From assembly GCF_006345805.1 (NCBI RefSeq), contig NC_042999.1:19964001-20028000 (forward strand): 64,000 nt of DNA. The letters are read 5' to 3'. The position numbers and the translations under genes are program-made. Positions within the stretch are counted from its first letter, which is position 1. Each line of letters begins with the position of its first letter. The notes beneath the pieces are model-generated. The model was not told where the DNA came from. It saw only the letters and a list, made by a program, of their open reading frames with translations, and did not search any database. Below, piece after piece: positions 48,833 to 60,810 of this stretch. The DNA comes from Octopus sinensis (Eukaryota).

Positions 48833-49449
48833 TTGATGATGAGGATAATGTGAAGTTCATGTAATTTGATTAAGTGAAAGATTAACTCTTTCACCTTAGT
48901 ATTGATATGAATAAATAGTCAAGTGTTATTCTAGTAGTTAGCTTTGTAATTTGTTTATATTATCAGACACAATGTTGATCATAAAAACGGATTAGATTTT
49001 CAATTTTATCAATTACTGCATAGAATCACAAGAACTTGTAACACTTCAGATGTGAATATGCATGATGATGATGGTGATGACGACGATTACAACGATGACG
49101 ACGACGACGATGATGATGATGGTTATGACACTGGCTACAATCATGATAATGGTAATTAAGTTAATGATGAAAATGCTTCTTCCACTGCAACAGATAATGC
49201 ACGGAGAATTTACAAGGACAAATTACAAACCTACGGAAGGTTCGCATAGAATGCCACTATATTACCACAAAAGTAAACAAACAGAAGCAAATAAGACAAA
49301 GATATATATGATGACGATCGATATATGTCAAAACCATAGTGATATCTGGAGTGGCAGCTGATGATGGAGGTATGTTGGATTTTGGGGGTGGCTGTTATTG
49401 TATGCTGGAATGGATTTATAAGACAATCATTGATATATAGCATATATAT

Positions 49450-49469
49450 ATAAAGTGTACATACGCCGC

Positions 49470-49503
<34 letters not shown>

Positions 49504-49800
49504 AGATATATATAAAATACAAATGTAAGAAGACGCAAACATCCGGACAACTAGGTGATACAAAAAGGGACAACAAAACATCCAGATGGACGTTACAAAA
49601 AAAAGGACGGGTCATTCGAAGCTTTTTATCCTCAGTCAAGAACCGGATCGTCCACTCAATTTCGGCTGATTAATCTTGAGATTGCTCCAATTTGGCCAGC
49701 CCCAAGGAAAAACTAAGCTAAGAGCATTAGATTCCTTGGAAGAAAGCATCGAATGTATATGAAAACAGACAATGTTACACGAATATAATAAAATAATAAT
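49450..49800 (+). mobile_element. Family E fragment (Penelope-like terminal repeat?); strand as read in the 53862-54655 copy
   Basis: ccccaaggaaaaactaagctaagagcattagattccttggaagaaagc is shared with 54052-54100. Confidence 0.6.
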
Positions 49801-49822
49801 GATAATCATAATAATAATCATC

Positions 49823-49860
<38 letters not shown>

Positions 49861-50209
49861 GGGAACAAAATATCACTGATGGTGATGGTGATGATGGTGA
49901 TGATGATAATAATGATAGTAATAGTGCTGATAATCTATCTATCTATCTACACACACACACACACTCACAGAGTTCAGCCAACACAAACCTCACCTCGGCT
50001 CTTTAGATGTTAACCAAATATGAAAGTATTATTTGACAGGCAAGAATTCTGGCGTTGAAGACAGCCAGCCAGCCAACCACACAGCCAGCCAGCCAACCAC
50101 CCAGCCAGCCAACGAGACAGACAGACACTACTGTGATTGTGATAATGATAAAAAACAAAAATAACAATAATAAGATAGTGCTGTGACTACACATAAAACA
50201 ATATCATTG

Positions 50210-50241
<32 letters not shown>

Positions 50242-50339
50242 GATAATGATGATAGTAATAGTGGTGATAATGATAATAGTGATAATAATGGTGATGATAA
50301 TAACAATAATAAGCCAACTACGGCTGCTATAATGGTACG

Positions 50340-50387
<48 letters not shown>

Positions 50388-51639
50388 TAATAATAATAAT
50401 AATAACAGGACATAACAACAGGTATCTTTCAACTGGGGACGAATTGAATTCAGCTGGCATCTGTGGAAATGAAGCTGTAAGGCTTCATTTCCACACACGC
50501 GAGCTGTGTGATTTCAGGTTTAGTTCTATTGCACAGCATCTAGGGCAAGTGTTTTCTACTATCACTTCAGGTTGACCAAAGCTATGGGAATGAATTTGGG
50601 AGATAGAAACTAAAGGAAAACCGTTGTGTATATGTGTATCTGTATTTGTATGTATGTGTGTGTGTTTGTGTGTTTGTTTACATTCATGATGGCCTGTATG
50701 AAAGTTACTGTGGGTGGTGTTGTTATTGTTAGTTCCTTCAATAAATCTTCTGGCCACTTATACCTTCAAATTTGTGTAAAATAAAAGATCCCTAACTTGA
50801 TAAATAAAAGATAAGGGTTGCATCAGAAAGAGGCATCTGGTTTTGAAACAATGCCCCAAATAACATATTATTTTAATCCTTAAAATAATAAAAATAAATG
50901 CGCCCTTTTAAAGCCTAGCCAAGCTCATGGGACTAGTTTCCCGGTTTCTATGGCATATGTGTTCCCCAGTTGGATGGGAAGCCAGTCCATCGAAGCGTTA
51001 CTCATTTTTGCCAGCTTATTTGAATTGAGCAACATGAAATGAAGTATTTTGCTCAAGAACACAACACATCGCCCAATTCAGGAATCTAAACCACAATCTT
51101 ATGATTATGATGCTGACACCCTAACCACTAAGCTATGGGCTTCCACTATTTTAATCCATGCAATATGGCAAAATGGATGTAAAATGAATGAACGAATACG
51201 CAATAAACTTGTGACTCGCTTACGTCATTTGATCTCCACATACAGACAAGAGAGCAAAAAACGTTAGCTGACAATGCAAAACTTGAAGCAAAATAGACTA
51301 ATCCAATATATTGGGCTTCAGAATCCCTTTAACTGCACAGAAATACATGCAAACATGAGTGAACTGCAATTGACAACAAAATCAACATGGTGCATTGAAG
51401 TAAACAACATTGTGTAAGCATGTCCGATATCTGATGCAAAAGACAAGGAATAAAGTGTTGACATTTGAAAAGTTTATTGAGATTGTAAAACGATTTGATC
51501 TAGACATGCATGTCAGAAGTTTGCTTTGCTCTTTTAACACCAACATTCTCAAGTCTGTTGTTAGTACTATGATATTTTTATTTTTAATTTTTCAATTTGC
51601 AAGAAAAAAAAAGACCTCTCAATTAGCACATATACCAAG

Positions 51640-52072
51640 GGCCTTTAATTGTTACCAGTATCGCTTTACTGGCACTTATGCCTGTGCTAGTAGGGTGTCA
51701 AGAGCACCATCCGAGAGTGATCGTGGCCACAGCGGCTAACTGGCTTCCGTACCCGTGGCACGTAAAAGGGCATCATTCGAGCGCGATCGTTACCAACGTC
51801 GCTTCACTGGCACCTGTGCCAGTGGCCCGTGTAAAAAGATTCGAGCGAGGTCATTGCCAGTACCGCCTAACTGGCCTCCATGCTGGTGGCACGTAAAAAG
51901 CACACACTACACACTCGGAGTGGTTGGCGTTAGGAAGGGCATCCAGCTGTAGAAACTCTGCCAGATCAAGATTGGAGCCTGGTGCAGCCATCTGGTTCGC
52001 CAGCTCTCAGTCAAAATCGTCCAACCCATGCTAGCGTGGAAAGCGGGTGTTGAACAATGATGATGTTGATGT
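51640..52072 (+). mobile_element. Family C RTE-type tail with VNTR
   Basis: Family motifs. Confidence 0.85.
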
Positions 52073-52469
52073 AATGGAAGGGAGGTAACCAAGATGAACT
52101 TAGTAATTTCACTAGATATATGGAATTTATGCAATAGTCATAGAAAATTTTAAAAGATTGTATTCCACTTTATTCAAATTATTTATATTATTAAATTACT
52201 TAATAATCTATGTAGGTTAAATAAAAACTAGTAGGGTATATATACATATATATACATACATACAAAATGGAAGTAAAACATAAAGCATCCAGACAGTAAG
52301 GCGGTAACAGAAAGGGATAACAAAACATCTTGTTGTTAGTGCAAAACAATTTGATGTCAATTTAATTTCCAGGTAGTAGCTTAAGAATAACAGTTATTTT
52401 ATGAAATACTTCATTATTTTTAAAATTAATTGTATCAAAGATTGTGCATGCCAACAGAAAAGTACTGGT

Positions 52470-52960
52470 TTCGAATTTTAGCACGAGGCCAGAAATTTCT
52501 GGAAAAGAGGAAGATTAATTACATTGGTACTTATTTTATCAAAAGGGTGAAAGGTAAAGTCAACCTCTGCAGAATATTTCTACAAAAAGAAGGCGGCAAG
52601 CTGGCAGAATCGTTAGTACGCCAGGCGAAATGCTTAGCGATATTTCGTCTGCCATTACGTTCTGAGTTCAAATTCCGACAAGGTCAACTTTGCCTTTCAT
52701 CCTTTCGGGGTCGATTAAATAATTACCAGTTACACACTAGAGTCGATGTAATCGACTTAATCCATTTGTCTGTCCTTGTTTGTCCCCTCTGTGTGTAGCT
52801 CCTTGTGGGTATTAAAGATATAGGTATTTGTCTGCCGTTACGTTCTGAGTTCAAATTCTGCCAAGGTTGACTTTGCCTTTCATCCTTTCGGGGTCGATTA
52901 AATAAGTACCAGTTACACATCCCCTCTATGTTTAGCCCTCTATAGGCAATAAAGAAATAA
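52470..52960 (+). mobile_element. Cluster of SINE family B copies and fragments
   Basis: gagttcaaattc...cctttcatcctttcggggtcgattaaat occurs twice. Confidence 0.8.
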
Positions 52961-53829
52961 ATATTTCAGCCAAAAAATATTAACAAATGTGCTAGCAAAC
53001 AAGTTACGAATGTTGAATTTATTTTTGTTTCACTCCAGAATTACTGAGCAGGCTTTTGATAAAAACTATCAAACCTTGGCATTCTAATATTTTGGTATAT
53101 TCAAAAGTATATCATCCTGTGTGTTCTTATTCTTTTCAAAACAATAGAATGTAATTTGAAAAAGATTCAGTTATTATTTCTAGCAATATATATCTTCTTC
53201 TAAGGGCGTCGAGCTGGCAGAATCATTAGCATTTTGTTCATCTTAACATTCTGAGTCCAAATTCTGCTGAGGTCAATTTTGCTTTTCATCCTTCTGGGAT
53301 TAATAAAATAAGAACCTGTTTAGCACTGGGTTCGATGTAATCAACTTAGCTATTTCCTCAAAATTACAAACCATGTGCCAAAATTTTAAACCAGTATATG
53401 TATTCCCATTGCCTTTACTTAATAGCTTTGATTGATAATTGGCACAAAATCTGCATCTGATAGTTTTCAAGATGTCTTTTACCAGCTAATACTGTCACAT
53501 GTATGTGCTCACTATTACGTAAATATAATGAGTTAATGGTACCGCTGATACAGATCTTGTATTGTAAACATTCAACTGAGTATTGTACATCATTTCCAAT
53601 TAAACACAGGCATTAAGGAGTTCCCTTTTCAACAACTCTGCTTTGGTGTTTTGGGTTCGATCCCATTGTGCAGCACCTTGGGCAACCAACTTCTATTATA
53701 AGTAGGTGATATCTTGGACGTAAATTTAGTTAATGAAAAACTTTGTGCTGAAGCCAGTTATGTGTGTATGTGTATCATTGCAAATAAATGGCCAACTGTA
53801 CTCTTTCTTGTTGACTTTAACTTATTCAA

Positions 53830-53861
<32 letters not shown>

Positions 53862-53865
<4 letters not shown>

Positions 53866-54802
53866 AAAATGGGACAAGAATGCAAAACATCCAGACAACT
53901 AAGTGATACAAGATTGAAACAACAAAACATCTGGATAGACGATACAAATAAAACAAGGACGGATCATTCGGAGTTTTCTTTCCTCAGTCGAGTTCCAGAT
54001 TATCTTTGCAATTTTGGCTGGTTATACTCGAGGCTGCTCCAATCTGGCAAGCCCCAAGGAAAAACTAAGCTAAGAGCATTAGATTCCTTGGAAGAAAGCA
54101 GCAAATTTATACGAAAACAGGACAGAAGAAAAAATCGGAGAATGTTACACAAATACAAATAACAGGACATAACAACAGGTGTCCTTCGACTAAGGATGAA
54201 TTAAATTAAGCTGGCGTGTGTGGAAATAAAGCCTTATGGCAGGGATACTAGATTTCACAGGCACAGGGAAGAATATAAATGTTGTATGGACAGCGGCCGA
54301 ACCAAGAAATAAAGATGAGGTTTGGCCGAACACTGCTCACGTGGGCAGAGAAGAGAGAGAGGTAGAGGCAGAGAGACAGAAGAAATAAGGAGGACCAAGA
54401 AAAAATGACAGGGACACAGTGAATTGAAAAGAGGAGGGAAAGTGAGCAAGAAGAGAAGACAATGAAATATGGGAAAGGGAAAATGAAAGAACGAGGAGTG
54501 GAAGGAACGACGTAAGCAGGAAAGGGCTGATAGAAAGAAGGAAAGACTAAAAGAAGAAAGAATAATAGAGGAAAAGAAAAGAAAAGAAAAGAAGTTGTAC
54601 AAGATTTAGATAAATATATACTTACATATAAGTGACCAAAGTGTACGTACGCCGCCATTCATCTAAATCTTGTACGACTTCTTTTCTTTTCCTCTTTTCT
54701 TCTTTTTTCTTCTATTCTTTATTCTTTCCTTCTTTCTATCAGCCCTTTCATATTTACGTTGTTCCTTCAATTCTTCGTTCTTTCATTTCCCCCTCTCCCA
54801 CA
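53862..54802. mobile_element. Family E, longest copy, ending in a ~148-bp inverted duplication
   Basis: 54468-54615 is inverted at 54657-54802; E pieces also at 49450-49800, 50405-50490 and 57749-57985. Confidence 0.65.
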
Positions 54803-54924
54803 TTTCCCAAGACTGGTATTTAGGCAGTGTGTTGCAATAATTACAGGGTCCCGATAATTACAGGTATAACCCTGAACTTGTAATCTGAATAGAGTAGCTG
54901 TAGATACTTTCGTAGCACAGCATA

Positions 54925-55575
54925 TGTTGTGTATGTATGTATGCATGTATGTATGTATGTATGCATGTATGTATGTATGTATGTATGAATGCATGTATGT
55001 ATGTGTGTATGTATGTATGTATGTATGAATGCATGTATGTATGCATGAATGCATGTATGTATGTATGTATGCATGTATGTATGTATGTATGCATATATGC
55101 ATGTATTCATGAATGTATGTATGTATGTATGTATGTATGTATGCATGCATGTATATATGCATGTATGTATGTATCTATGTATGTATGCATGAATTGTATG
55201 CATGAATTGTATGTATGTATGTATATATACATGTATGTATGTATGCATGCATGCATGTACATATATATGCATACATGCATGTATGTATGTATTCAGGCAT
55301 GTATGTATGTATGTATGTATACATTGTATGTATGTATGTATGCATGCATGCATGTACATATGTATGCATACGTGCATGTATGTATGTATTCCTGTATGTA
55401 TGTATGCATGCATATATGTATGTATATATTTATTCATGTATGTATTCATGTATGCATGTATGTATGAATGCATGTATGTATGCATGTATGTATGAATGCA
55501 TGTATGTATGCATGTATGTATGTATGCATGCATGCATGCATGTATGTATGCATGCATGTATGTATGGATGGATGG
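54925..55575. repeat. (ATGT)n/(ATGC)n tetranucleotide microsatellite
   Basis: Visible directly. Confidence 0.95.
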
Positions 55576-55913
55576 ATGTTAGTATGTATAGATCTAAGTG
55601 CATATAGCTTTGTGTTGCAGGAATGTCGCTTTAAGTCCCTGTAACTTAACAGTTTGAGAAAAGACACGCGCAGAATAAGTATCAGATTAAATTAAGTACT
55701 GCAGTTAATTTATTTTACTAATCCTACAAGAAAGTGCACCAGCATGGCCACAATCCACTGACTGAAAGAAGTAAAATAGTAAAAGAGTACGGAAACACTT
55801 TGCTATCGTGTATATTCTAGGAAAATAACTTGCTTTTGTATAGAAAATTTCATACAAAAATATAAATTTTAGGTTTGGTCCTTTACTCTAAAGAATATAT
55901 CTATTCTTGTTAC

Positions 55914-56317
55914 TAGGCATAGGAGTGGCTGTGTGGTAAGTAGCTTGCTTACCAACCACATGGTTCCGGGTTCAGTCCCACTGTGTGGCACCTTAGGCAA
56001 GTGTCTTCTACTGTAGCCTTGGGCCGACCAAAGCCTTGTGAGTGGATTTGGTAGACAGAAACTGAAAGAAGCCCGTCGTATATATGTATATATATACATG
56101 TGTGTGCGTGTGTCTGTGTTTGTGTGTCTGTGTTTGTCTCCCCAATATCGCTTGACAACCAATGGTGGTGTGTTTATGTCCTCCGTAACTTAGCGGTTGG
56201 GCAACAGAGACCGATAAAATAAGTACTAGGCTTACAAAGAATAAGTCATGGGGTAGATTTGATTGACTAAAGGTAATGCTCCAGCATGGCCGCATTCAAG
56301 TGACTGAAACAAGTAAG
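55914..56317 (+). mobile_element. SINE family A
   Basis: Full copy. Confidence 0.9.
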
Positions 56318-57044
56318 TGAGAGAGAGAGAGAGAGAGTAAAGAGAGTTACGTTCAAATGAGGATTTCTTTGCTAAGCAGGTGTTTCATGTTCTGTGTGCA
56401 TTTGTTGTGTTGTTCTTTTTGCATTTGCAATCTGTTTTTAACTGCGTTTCTTAACGAAGTACTCAGATCATACGTATTGCCCCAGCTCCTTATGGAGCCT
56501 ATTAAATTTGGTGATCATGTTTCTGCTTTGATACTGTTATTTTTAATAACAATCAGCTTCATTGATAATATGAAAAGATTTACCACTAACTGGCAGTAGT
56601 GATTTTACATGAACAAAGAAACCTTTAGGAGCCAGCTTTCTGTAGAAATTAGTGAATATGTTTGTCATTTTAGGCCAGAAAGCAAAGAGCATAAGAAATC
56701 CTAATTCCTTTTGTTACTAAAGGTCAGCAAAACATACACGTGTGCACTGTAAGAAACCTAGAGAATCATCATGCTTCTCTGCAAAAGATAATTACTACCA
56801 AAATATTATTACATATGTTGTAGATAGAGGTGGTTGAATAGTACGTAGCTTGTAGTTCCTGGTTCAAATTCAGAACCAAGTTGTTAACATAATGGGTTTT
56901 CTTCTTCCTAGAAGATTCAAGTCTTTGGCTTAATGCCCAGGATGTCTTCATTGGGGTTTTTCTATAAGTATTTCCTTGGTCATTACTCTGACCAACTGGG
57001 TCAAGTACCCTCTTTCTTGACCTTCAATCATTTAGTATTTAAAG

Positions 57045-57332
57045 TTTTGCCGAACTGCTAAGTTACGGGGTCATCAACATACCAGCATCGGATGTCAAAC
57101 GATGTTGGGGGACAAACACAGACTAACAAACAAATACACGCACATATATACATATATATATACATATATACGATGAGCTTCTTTCAGTTTCCATCTACCA
57201 AATCCACTCACAAGGCTTTGGATGGCCCTAGGCTATAGTAAAAGACACTTGCCCAAGGTGCCATATAGTGGGACTGAACCCGGAACCATGTGGTTGGTAA
57301 GAAAGCTACTTGCCACACAGCCACTCCTGTGC
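57045..57332 (-). mobile_element. SINE family A, 3'-truncated
   Basis: Head and central part present. Confidence 0.8.
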
Positions 57333-57655
57333 CTTAGCATGTTCTTATCCTGATGTTGTTCAAATTTTTTCCATAGACTAGTTCAATGAACTCTCTTTTA
57401 TTTTTAGCTTTAATTGATAATGGATAGTAGAATTGCCTTGAAGCATTGGACAAAAATTCTTTGCAGTATATATTCCTGCTGTTTACATGCCGAGTTAAGA
57501 TCAAATCAATGCAGTTTTCTTTCATCCATCAAGAGTTAATAAAATAAAGTAAACTCAAGCTTGGGAGATGATACCATCAACTGAACACGTACTGCCAAAT
57601 CTCAGGCTATTTGCTTGTGTTAGAAACAACTTATATACCTGTGTGTGTATATGTG

Positions 57656-57726
<71 letters not shown>

Positions 57727-57976
57727 ATAATATATATATATATATAAGAGACCAAAGTGTACGTACGCCAATATATATATATATTGGGGCTGGCCAGATT
57801 GGAGCAATCTAAAGTATAATCAGCAAAAATTGCGAGGATAATCTGGTGCTTGACTGAGGAAAGAAAACTTCGAATCACCCGTCCTTGCTTTCTTTGTATC
57901 GTCTGTCTTGATATTTTGTTTTCCCGTTTCTGTATCACTTTGCTATCCGGATGTTTTGCGTTCTTGTCCCATTTTG

Positions 57977-58023
<47 letters not shown>

Positions 58024-58362
58024 CATTGTAAGCTTCACAAATCTAATATTAATTTGAGAAAACTTAAACTAGCTGAGATTAATCGAGAGACCACAAGACA
58101 AGATCTTTGCCTTGGAATGATTAAAAAACAAAAACGAATACCAAGGGAGGCAACCCTAAAAAGATCAGTTGGCCAAAATTTTAAGATAGTGTAGACAATG
58201 GCGCAGGAGTGGCTGTGTGGTAAGTAGCTTGCTTACGAACAACATTGTTCCGGGTTCAGTCCCACTGTGTGGCACCTTGGGCAAATGTCTTCTACTATAG
58301 CCTTGGGCCAACCAAAGCCTTGTGAGTAGATTTAGTAGATGGAAGCTGAAAGATGCCTGACG

Positions 58363-58404
<42 letters not shown>

Positions 58405-58588
58405 TCAACATAAGGGTAGCAAAAAATTCAATAGAAATTTTTTCGCCACCAGCGGTCCAGTGAGAAAGAGAAAATAGTCACAGACATTTACCCTTTAGTT
58501 AGTTAGTTAGTTAGTTAGTAGTTAATTTGGCTCAAAAGCAAATAGCAAGGCCATGTAGGGGGACATGGAGTTAAGTACAGGGTGGTGT

Positions 58589-59298
58589 TCATGTAAAGAG
58601 TTCAGGCCACTTGAGGTCAAGGGAGGCTTTGAACAAAGCGGTCGTCGGCATCTTCACCATCTCGTCTGGCAACTTGTTCCACGGATCCGCAAACCGGACG
58701 GAGAAAGCTCCTCTCCTTCGATTGAGATGAAATCGTCGCAGGTAGAGCTTTTCGGAATGACCCCGCAGCCGACGCTCTGGAGCAGGAGTGAAGAACAGCT
58801 CTTTCGAGAGGTTACACTTTCCGCTTATGATGTTGTGGGCGAGAATGAGATCACCACGGCGACGGCGTTTTTCTAGAGAATAACGGTCAAGCGTCCTCAG
58901 CCTTTCTTCATAGGACAACTTTTGGAGACCATGAGCCATGCGGGTAGCCAGCTTCTGGACTCTTTGAAGATGCTGTATGTCTTTGAGGAGATAAGGAGAA
59001 GAGGCTTGAATCCCGTACTTCAATATGGGTCTCACAGCGTGACATAGAGCGGTAGGAATATGGCTGCTGTGAGCATTCCGAATGACCGTCGAATCAAGAA
59101 CAGAATTCCGCGTGCTTTGTTGGCAGCATGGACACACTGGACCGAAGGCGAAAAGGAGGAATCCACCAAGATACCGAGGTCCTTTACCTGATCGGTCCTC
59201 TCCTGCAGCAGACGACTCGGCTCGAAATTAAGTTGAGTTGCAGGAGGAGAGCCAACAGGCAGATGACAGCACTTTGACACGTTCAGACACAGGTCCAT
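58589..59298 (-). pseudogene. CR1 ORF2 C-terminal region (two frames)
   Basis: LNVSKC, KDLGILVD, VRPILKY, QRVQKLATR, LSYEERL..L..YSLEKRRRRGDLI, RGH, WNKLP. Confidence 0.9.
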
Positions 59299-60217
59299 TC
59301 GTTAGAACACCTCCACCGCGAGGAGCGACCAGTTTGATATAGTCGGCAAATAGAAGGGTGTGTTGCGTGAGGTCGTCGGGCAAGCCATTTATGAAGACTA
59401 AGAACAATAAGGGCCCAAGCACTGAACCTTGAGGCACGCCACTGCTCGCACTGGAGACGTCGGACCGCGAACCATTAACTTGGACTTGGAAGGAGCGATC
59501 TGAGAGGGAGGCACCAACCCATCGTACAATATCCGGATGGAAACTATATGCTTGAAGCTTGACAAGCAATAGGCGGTGGTTTACCGAGTCAAAAGCTTTG
59601 GCAAAGTCCAATAAAACGATGTCAACAGCATCACTATCATCGAGGATGCGCGTCACCAATTCTTCCATTACCAGTAAGTTGGTCAAGCATGATCTCTTCG
59701 GCACGAAGCCGTGTTGGGAATCAGAGATAGAGGCTGTGTTTTGGAGGTGGATCATCATACTTTTCTTAAGGATTGTTTCGAGCATCTTGCTGATTATTGA
59801 TGTAAGGGAAACCGGTCGGTAGTTAAGCGGGTCTTCGCGGCTCCCTTTCTTGAAAATTGGGCAGATTATCGCTGTTCTCCAGTTCGCAGGTATAACACCC
59901 GTCGCCAATGACATATTGAATAGACGTGTTAAGGGCTCGCAGATGATCGGAGCCAACGCTTTGATAACCCGGGGGTGTATGCCGTCAGGGCCGTGACCCT
60001 TGTTGACATCGAGGCCTTGAATAACACGTTTGACTTCGTCCCGCGTGATGACCAATCGAAGCATTGGAGGTACCGATCTATCAAATGGAGGGGGTTCACG
60101 ACCATCATCTTGTTTGAAAATAGTTGAAAAAGCCTCGGCAAATAATTGACCTTGTTGATAAGGGTCCTCAATCGATACGCCTGTTGAGTCTACCAACGTT
60201 GCAATCTGGTTGTTCAA
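59228..60217 (-). pseudogene. CR1-type reverse transcriptase (frameshifted after the FADY motif)
   Basis: NYRPVSLTS, QHGFVPKRSCLTNL, LDFAKAFDSVNH, SGVPQGSVLGPLLF, LFADYIKL. Confidence 0.9.
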
Positions 60218-60446
60218 GCGGGAATTCCGTTGGACATGGGCAAAGAAGGTTTTTGGATTGCTACTGGCAATTGCCGCGATTTTGTATCCATAACTGAAGC
60301 GTTCTTCCTTTTCAATTTTTACCTTTTAATTTTCCTTTGATTTCTGAATTACTTCTATTTAGCGGTTTGAGTTTGACTGCTCTTTCTAGTGAGTCGAATG
60401 GCCTATCAGGGCCATTCCTTAATATTGTCGATATTATATATATATA

Positions 60447-60810
60447 GTCTGTGACTATTTTCTCTTTCTCACTGGACCGCTGGTGGCGAAAAACATTTCT
60501 ATTGAGTTTTTGCTACCCTTATGTTGATTAATTAATGATTTTTTGACTAATTCTGAAATTAACTCAGCAGTTTATATTTGCTGCTGATAAGTTGGCGCGA
60601 TTACGGTAGATTTTGAAAATTTAGAGTATATATTCCCGAGGCATCGATGCGGCTGCCTCGTGGAATATTTATTCCTCCTGGCCTCCTTGCCGATGAGACG
60701 AGCCAGTGGTAGATTGACTTGATTAAATTAAATTTAATTTAATTTAATTAGGCTGGTTTGCCAAAAAGTACATCGAAACAATGCATTGTCCAAGGATGAT
60801 TAGGGTAAAT
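60447..60810 (+). mobile_element. Structured HHR-containing unit (retrozyme/Penelope-LTR-like), flanked by 105-bp direct repeats
   Basis: Direct repeats 60324-60428 and 60813-60917; first 86 bp repeated in inverted orientation at 58400-58485. Confidence 0.65.
60667..60810 (+). ncRNA. Extended type-I hammerhead ribozyme (this copy has U4C)
   Basis: Stem I tccttg(60684-89)/caagga(60791-96); core CCGATGA 60690-96; G60697-C60774; GAAAC 60775-79; stem III palindrome acaatgcattgt; GUC 60788-90. Confidence 0.75.

Larger units (their letters stand above)
58495..60320 (-). mobile_element. 5'-truncated CR1-clade LINE with (CTAA)n tail
   Basis: RT ORF pieces, short 3' UTR, (ttag)n at 58495-58524 on plus. 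Confidence 0.9.

Noticed and set aside
57851-57895. CTGAGGA...CGAAT...GTC in family E as a canonical hammerhead
   Set aside because: GAAT instead of GAAAC in all three copies, and no stem I or stem III pairing could be built
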